This document shows, in pieces, positions 59,055 to 64,000 of a stretch of DNA of 64,000 bases; position 1 is the first letter of the stretch; the number at the start of each line of letters is the position of its first letter. Both the position numbers and the translations under genes were made by a program. This DNA comes from an uncultured delta proteobacterium (GTDB taxonomy: Bacteria > Desulfobacterota > BSN033 > UBA1163). Location of the stretch: positions 544,001 through 608,000 of the forward strand of contig CAWHBU010000004.1 of the NCBI GenBank assembly GCA_963827685.1, read 5' to 3'. The notes under the pieces were generated by a model, which did not search any database, was not told where the DNA came from, and worked only from the letters and a program-made list of their open reading frames with translations.

Positions 59055-59858
59055 TTATTCTTTAGATCGCCGGGTCTTCACGTTCCCAAATTTCATCTGG
59101 GCCAATAATTTGTTTAGGGCCAATCGATGTTCCTCCGTCTTCATGGAGTCGAGAAATGTCCTGGCTTCATACTGTATGACTTGATCCAGAGTGGATTGCA
59201 TCCCATGACGTAGAATCTCTTTCGACCTTTGTACGGCCGTAGGCGGCATGGAGGCAATTTGTTTGGCCATCTTTTTGGCCTCAGGCATCAGCCGGTCGTG
59301 GGGAAATATCCGGTTCACCGCGCCTATCTCTAATGCCTCGTGAGCATCAAAGGGCCTGGCAGTGAAGATAAGCTCTGCCGCTTTGCCGTACCCGATGAGC
59401 CTGGGCAGAAAATAGGTGCTGCATAATTCCGGGGTGAGTCCGATCCGGACGAAGGCTCCGCTGAATGTTGCCCTTTCAGAGGCCAGACGAATATCGCAGG
59501 TTAGCGTTACGGTAAAACCAAAACCATAGGATAGCCCATTGATGGCTGCGATGATGGGTTTGGGGTATTGCACAAAGGCACGAGGTAAATCGAGCAGCCC
59601 GAATCCTAACTTCTTCTTACGATCCTTACCCTTTTGTTGGGCCTCTATGAACCTGTTGAGATCGGCTCCCGCACAAAAACCCGGGCCCCGCCCGGTCAGA
59701 ATCAGGACCCGGATGTTAGGATCTTCTTCTGTCTCCTTAAGGGCATGAACCAGCTCCACCATCATTGTTTCACTCAAGGCATTTAGAACTTTAGGCCTGT
59801 TGAGGCAGAGCAAAGCGATCCCTTCTTCTCTGATCAATTCAATATCTTCGTATTCCAT
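59055..59858 (-). CDS. enoyl-CoA hydratase/isomerase family protein
   Basis: FCAGADL, PKPIIAAING, CDIRLAS. Confidence 0.92.
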   Translation of the reverse strand: MEYEDIELIREEGIALLCLNRPKVLNALSETMMVELVHALKETEEDPNIRVLILTGRGPGFCAGADLNRFIEAQQKGKDRKKKLGFGLLDLPRAFVQYPKPIIAAINGLSYGFGFTVTLTCDIRLASERATFSGAFVRIGLTPELCSTYFLPRLIGYGKAAELIFTARPFDAHEALEIGAVNRIFPHDRLMPEAKKMAKQIASMPPTAVQRSKEILRHGMQSTLDQVIQYEARTFLDSMKTEEHRLALNKLLAQMKFGNVKTRRSKE

Positions 59859-60171
59859 GATTTTCTCCCTTCAAGAAAATCCTTTCGATCAAATTGTGGC
59901 TTCGTTCCATATCTTCCTGCCGGATGTCCCGGTAGCGGGGAGAGCCCTCATCATCCATCTCAACCCCATTCTCTCTTTGGACATTCACCAAGTCTTCGAG
60001 GGCGGGGGGCCTCCGGGGTGAGAGGAGAATCGTTGAACAAGACGAAGTTGGGTGTGACGAGGGTCTGAGTTTTTGAAGGTGGATATTGAAGCCCCCGGCA
60101 AAGATTAAGCGCCCCGGCTAAAAAGGCGGTATTGGACACCGATTCTTCTCCGAGGGGTTTCCCGCACAAAT

Positions 60172-60490
60172 TTATTTCTTTACTGAGTCGGGTCGCAGCA
60201 TGATTTCAGCGATCGCGTCTTTCTGCTCTTCCTCTGTTCCGAGTTCCACACCGATTGCCCAGGCATCCCGGAAGTAGTGCTCGATGGCTTGTTCTGCCAT
60301 ATCACCGTAACCGCCGAATATCTGGAGCGCCTCATCGACCATCCCGATCAATCTCTTACCGACCTCCAGTCGAGCAGTAGAGAAGAATCACAGGTCCAAT
60401 CTCCCCTGGTCATATTCTATAGCAGAGTTATATATTTCCCACACGGTTCCCAAGAGGCACCTTAACCTCTTTGGAATGGAACTCTCCATG
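60172..60490 (-). pseudogene. acyl-CoA dehydrogenase C-terminal relic
   Basis: hand translation VDEALQIFGGYGDMAEQAIEHYFRDAWAIGVELGTEEEQKDAIAEIML, with an in-frame TGA upstream. Confidence 0.7.
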
Positions 60491-60532
60491 GGGAGTGTCA
60501 GGCTCCCTCTCCTCCATCATCTTACAAATTTG

Positions 60533-61675
60533 TTAGAAGCCCGATTCTCGAGCGATTACCGTATGATGGATTTCGGAGGTCCCTTCGGTCACGGTGAAAA
60601 GTCTCCCATCCCTCCAGTAACGCTGTATGGGATACTCCATCGTGTATCCATACCCACCATGGATTTGCATGGCCTGGGCAAGGATTTCCTGGAGGGTCTC
60701 TGCGCAGAAGAGTTTCACCATGGAGGCCTCCTTCATCACCCGATTCCCATCATCGTAAAGACGGGCGACTCGATAAGTGTATGATCTCATGACATCTATC
60801 TTCATAACCATCGCTGCGAGCTTAAACCGGGTGACCTGAAACTGGATAATTGGGCGGCCGAACTGGGTTCGATCCTGGGCGTACTTCAGACTGGCCTCAT
60901 ACGCAGCCTGGGCCACTCCCGTACAACGTCCCCCATAGGTGATCCTTCCTGACATGAGGGTATCTCGAATCTGTTCGAATCCTTTTCCTTCCTTATCCCC
61001 GATCATGTTAGCGGCAGGGATACGACAATCATCAAAAAGTAATTCCCCGGTCTCGGCAGATCGGTTACCTACTTTCTCCAACTTCCGAGTAACAGCAAAA
61101 CCTGGCGTGCCTTTTTCCACCACAAAAAGACTGATGCCTTCTGCTTTACGAGCAGGATCTACGGTGGCCGCTACGACGGCATAGTCGCAAATCGTTCCGT
61201 TCGTAATGAAGGTCTTCGCTCCCCGAAGGATATAGTGATCCCCATCTTTTATTGCCCTCGTTTTGATACTCGCAGCGTCCGATCCTACGTCCGGCTCGGT
61301 AAGAGCGAAGGCCCCAATTTTCTCTCCTTTTATCGCCGGAAAAAGAATGCGCTCCTTGAGCTCCTGGGAACCGAACTGGTAGATTGGAACCGTAGCCAGG
61401 CCGCCCTGAACCATGAGACCTGCCGCAATCCCTGCGCAGATACGATTGAGTTCTTCTGCGAGAATGCATTCTGTTATCTTATCTGCACCGCCACCCCCGA
61501 TTTCTAAGGGATACCTGACGCAAAGATAACCCAATTGTCCCATCCTCCGGAATAGGTGCAAAGGGAACTTACCCTCGGCCTCCGCCTTTTCCACTAATGG
61601 TGCCACCTCTTTCTCAACCAAACGCCTTATTGCTTCTTTAGCCATTCGTTGTTCTTCTGTTAACTCAGATTTCAT
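60533..61675 (-). CDS. acyl-CoA dehydrogenase
   Basis: FALTEPDVGSD, MQIHGGYGY, EGTSEI. Confidence 0.95.
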   Translation of the reverse strand: MKSELTEEQRMAKEAIRRLVEKEVAPLVEKAEAEGKFPLHLFRRMGQLGYLCVRYPLEIGGGGADKITECILAEELNRICAGIAAGLMVQGGLATVPIYQFGSQELKERILFPAIKGEKIGAFALTEPDVGSDAASIKTRAIKDGDHYILRGAKTFITNGTICDYAVVAATVDPARKAEGISLFVVEKGTPGFAVTRKLEKVGNRSAETGELLFDDCRIPAANMIGDKEGKGFEQIRDTLMSGRITYGGRCTGVAQAAYEASLKYAQDRTQFGRPIIQFQVTRFKLAAMVMKIDVMRSYTYRVARLYDDGNRVMKEASMVKLFCAETLQEILAQAMQIHGGYGYTMEYPIQRYWRDGRLFTVTEGTSEIHHTVIARESGF

Positions 61676-61837
61676 GTCTCTCCTCCCGGTTTTAATTTAA
61701 TAGAAAAACTTTTTTGTGCCAGACCATCCGTTGCCGCCCATCCCCCTCTGAGGACTGAGAACCCAGGGGGGGCTGGTTTTTACTTCAAGACAAAGCCCGT
61801 TGAATGAATCGAGCGTAGGACAAGGGATGAAGTGATT

Positions 61838-62617
61838 CTAATGATTCTTAAAAATAGGTTTTCTCTTTTCCAAAAAAGCGGTGACTCCTTCTTTAAAATC
61901 CTTGGTTTTGTAAACTTCTCCGTAGAGCTCTGTATCCTTCTTCAAGGAGTCCAAATAGGAATGTCGAGAAGCCTCGAACATCGCCTTTTTTGCGAAATGG
62001 ATGGCTGCTGGTCCTCTGGCGATCTGCTTCGCCAAGGTCATTGCTTCCTCCATCAATTTTTCGTGGGGGACCACACGATTGACCAACCCGATCCTCTCCG
62101 CCTCTGCTGCATTAACGATCTTCCCCGCATAAATTATCTCTTTGGCCCAACCGGACCCGATCAGCCGCATCAGACGGACATTCCCTCCATACCCTGGCAT
62201 AATCCCCACCCGAACCTCTGTCTGACCGATCTGAGCCTTCTCGCTGGCGATCCGGATGTCGCAGGCCAATGCGATCTCACAACCCCCTCCCAACGCCCAA
62301 CCGTTGATCGCAGCGATCACCGGTTCTTCCATCGATTCCATGAAGACGAGGATCTCGTTGGCCTTCGTTGATGCATTGATCGCATCTTGAGGGGTTCGAT
62401 CCTTGAGCATGTTAATGTCCGCTCCAGCGATGAATGCCTCATCGCCCACACCGGTGATAATGCCCACTCTGAGATTGGGGTCTCCATGCAACCGCTTCAC
62501 TACATCTTCCAACTCCATCCAGGTCTCCCAATTCAAGGCGTTCCTCACCTCAGGCCGATTGACCTTAATGATTCCTATTCCATCACCCGTTTCATAGATC
62601 AAATTTTTGTAGGACAT
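61838..62617 (-). CDS. enoyl-CoA hydratase (crotonase)
   Basis: FIAGADI, ALGGGCE, GQTE..VG..PG; both catalytic Glu positions present. Confidence 0.93.
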   Translation of the reverse strand: MSYKNLIYETGDGIGIIKVNRPEVRNALNWETWMELEDVVKRLHGDPNLRVGIITGVGDEAFIAGADINMLKDRTPQDAINASTKANEILVFMESMEEPVIAAINGWALGGGCEIALACDIRIASEKAQIGQTEVRVGIMPGYGGNVRLMRLIGSGWAKEIIYAGKIVNAAEAERIGLVNRVVPHEKLMEEAMTLAKQIARGPAAIHFAKKAMFEASRHSYLDSLKKDTELYGEVYKTKDFKEGVTAFLEKRKPIFKNH

Positions 62618-62837
62618 ATGGATCCTCCCTCTTTTTCTTATCTTGGATAAAATCCAGCTTATCACTCATCACGGAGCATTAAAAAATTCAGACAATCAAA
62701 TCCCAATCACGCCAGGGCGGGCCCACATGATAATCCAGACTTTGATGAAAGGCTTGAGCATGCGTCATTGGGATTTGTGTTTACTATCGACGCTTGGAGC
62801 TTAGTTCTTATCGTCGTGAATGACTGAATGCGTCGTT

Positions 62838-63713
62838 TTACTTTTTCTTTGGGGTCCCGTCTGGGTTATACTCATACCAACCCCGGCCGGTTTTACGGCC
62901 AAGGTGGCCAGCCTTGATCTTACGCCTGAGGATCATAGGAGGGAACCAACGGGGGTCACCCGTTTCATGATACATAGACATCAAAGCGTTATAGGTGATG
63001 TCCAGACCTACCATGTCTCCCGTCTCAAAAATGCCCATCCTTCTGCCCGAGGCCAGACGAAGTCCCTTGTCGATGTCCTCTATCGTGCCAACGCCCTCTT
63101 CAACCATGCGCATGGCCTCCAAGGTCGAAGGATAATTGATGCGATTGATTAAGAAACCAGCTACGTCCCGATTGACCACGATGGGTTCCTTACCGATCTT
63201 TTGCACAAATTCCTTACCCATTGAAATGGTTTCGTCTGTGGTTGATGCTCCTTTGATCACCTCCACGGCCTCCATCATTGGTACGGGACTGAAAAAATGG
63301 AGTCCGAGAACCTTTTCCGGACGCTTGGTTACTACGGCAAGCTCGGTAATGGGAATGGCGGAGGTATTACTCGCAAGGAGTGTTTTCGCCCCACAGGCTT
63401 CGTCCAGCTTCCTGAAGACCTCCTGCTTCAGATCCAACTTCTCAAAGACAGCTTCAATGGCCAGGTCCACCTGGCCTGCGGCGGTGAAGTCAGTGCCGGT
63501 CTTGATGCGGCCCATGACGGTTTCCAGGTTCTCTTTCACCTTCCCCTTCTCAATAAATTTGCCCACTGACCAGGAGATATTCTTTAGGGCCCGGTCGAGG
63601 ATTTCCTGACCGATATCATTGATGGAAACCTGGATTCCGGACTGAGCACAGACCTGGGCAATACCGCTCCCCATCAATCCAGATCCGACAACAAATACTT
63701 TTTGGATAGCCAT
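62838..63713 (-). CDS. hbd: 3-hydroxyacyl-CoA dehydrogenase
   Basis: GSGLMGSGIA, IEAVFE, ASNTS, GLHFFSP, GRKTGRG. Confidence 0.93.
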   Translation of the reverse strand: MAIQKVFVVGSGLMGSGIAQVCAQSGIQVSINDIGQEILDRALKNISWSVGKFIEKGKVKENLETVMGRIKTGTDFTAAGQVDLAIEAVFEKLDLKQEVFRKLDEACGAKTLLASNTSAIPITELAVVTKRPEKVLGLHFFSPVPMMEAVEVIKGASTTDETISMGKEFVQKIGKEPIVVNRDVAGFLINRINYPSTLEAMRMVEEGVGTIEDIDKGLRLASGRRMGIFETGDMVGLDITYNALMSMYHETGDPRWFPPMILRRKIKAGHLGRKTGRGWYEYNPDGTPKKK

Positions 63714-63920
63714 CTCTCCCTCCTTAAAAATAATTTTAAGATCAGATCTTGTGAAATTTTTTGTAACCTTTTTGTAATGATCTTGTCAATATCTATCTTT
63801 GTCGAAAGTGTTGCTTGACAAAAAGGTTTCCGTCCGTTACTTAATGAAACATTCTTTCAGTTGAATGGATGATCATGGATAGATGGGAAAGAAAAAAATG
63901 AGAAGAGAGAGGAGAGAACC

Positions 63921-64000
63921 GTGAAAAAAGCCGTTATTATCAGTGGAGCGAGGACACCTGTCGGAAGATACATGGGGGCTTTAAAAGAGATCCCTGCCTA
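63921..64000 (+). CDS. acetyl-CoA acetyltransferase (thiolase), 5' end only
   Basis: GAGGAG RBS, GTG start, MKKAVIISGARTPVGRYMGALK. Confidence 0.85.
   Translation, partial: MKKAVIISGARTPVGRYMGALKEIPA

Noticed and set aside
59860-60170. short ORFs between the ACAD relic and the crotonase
   Set aside because: No recognisable motif; probably decayed sequence

Overview
A 64 kb chromosomal segment of an anaerobic bacterium; the gene content suggests Desulfobacterota/Syntrophorhabdia-like affiliation, which is an inference. It has five blocks. (1) 1-14.6 kb: partial AAA ATPase, lgt and a TCA cluster (fumC, aconitase, citrate synthase, sdhAB with no adjacent membrane anchor), with an inserted RES-Xre TA pair and a GH57/DUF3536 gene. 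(2) 14.6-20.5 kb: a decaying toxin-antitoxin island punctuated by four copies of a ~45 bp promoter-like repeat and three REP-like palindromes. (3) 20.9-31.6 kb: acyl-CoA synthetase, FadR regulator, two tandem CoA ligases and two tandem secreted tannase/feruloyl-esterase-family hydrolases. (4) 31.9-41 kb: rubrerythrin, a GntR-UTRA plus corrinoid-protein pair, and a divergent corrinoid protein-Liv ABC transporter-UroD/MtaA-family operon. (5) 41-64 kb: acyl-CoA catabolism (etfAB, HdrD-like, hdrA, three acyl-CoA dehydrogenases, CoA ligase, Liv ABC transporter, TetR, two crotonases, 3-hydroxyacyl-CoA dehydrogenase, thiolase start). Intergenic DNA holds many tiny palindromic elements, several nested in one another. 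I recognised no rRNA, tRNA or CRISPR array. All family calls are from motif recognition by eye; no database search was run.
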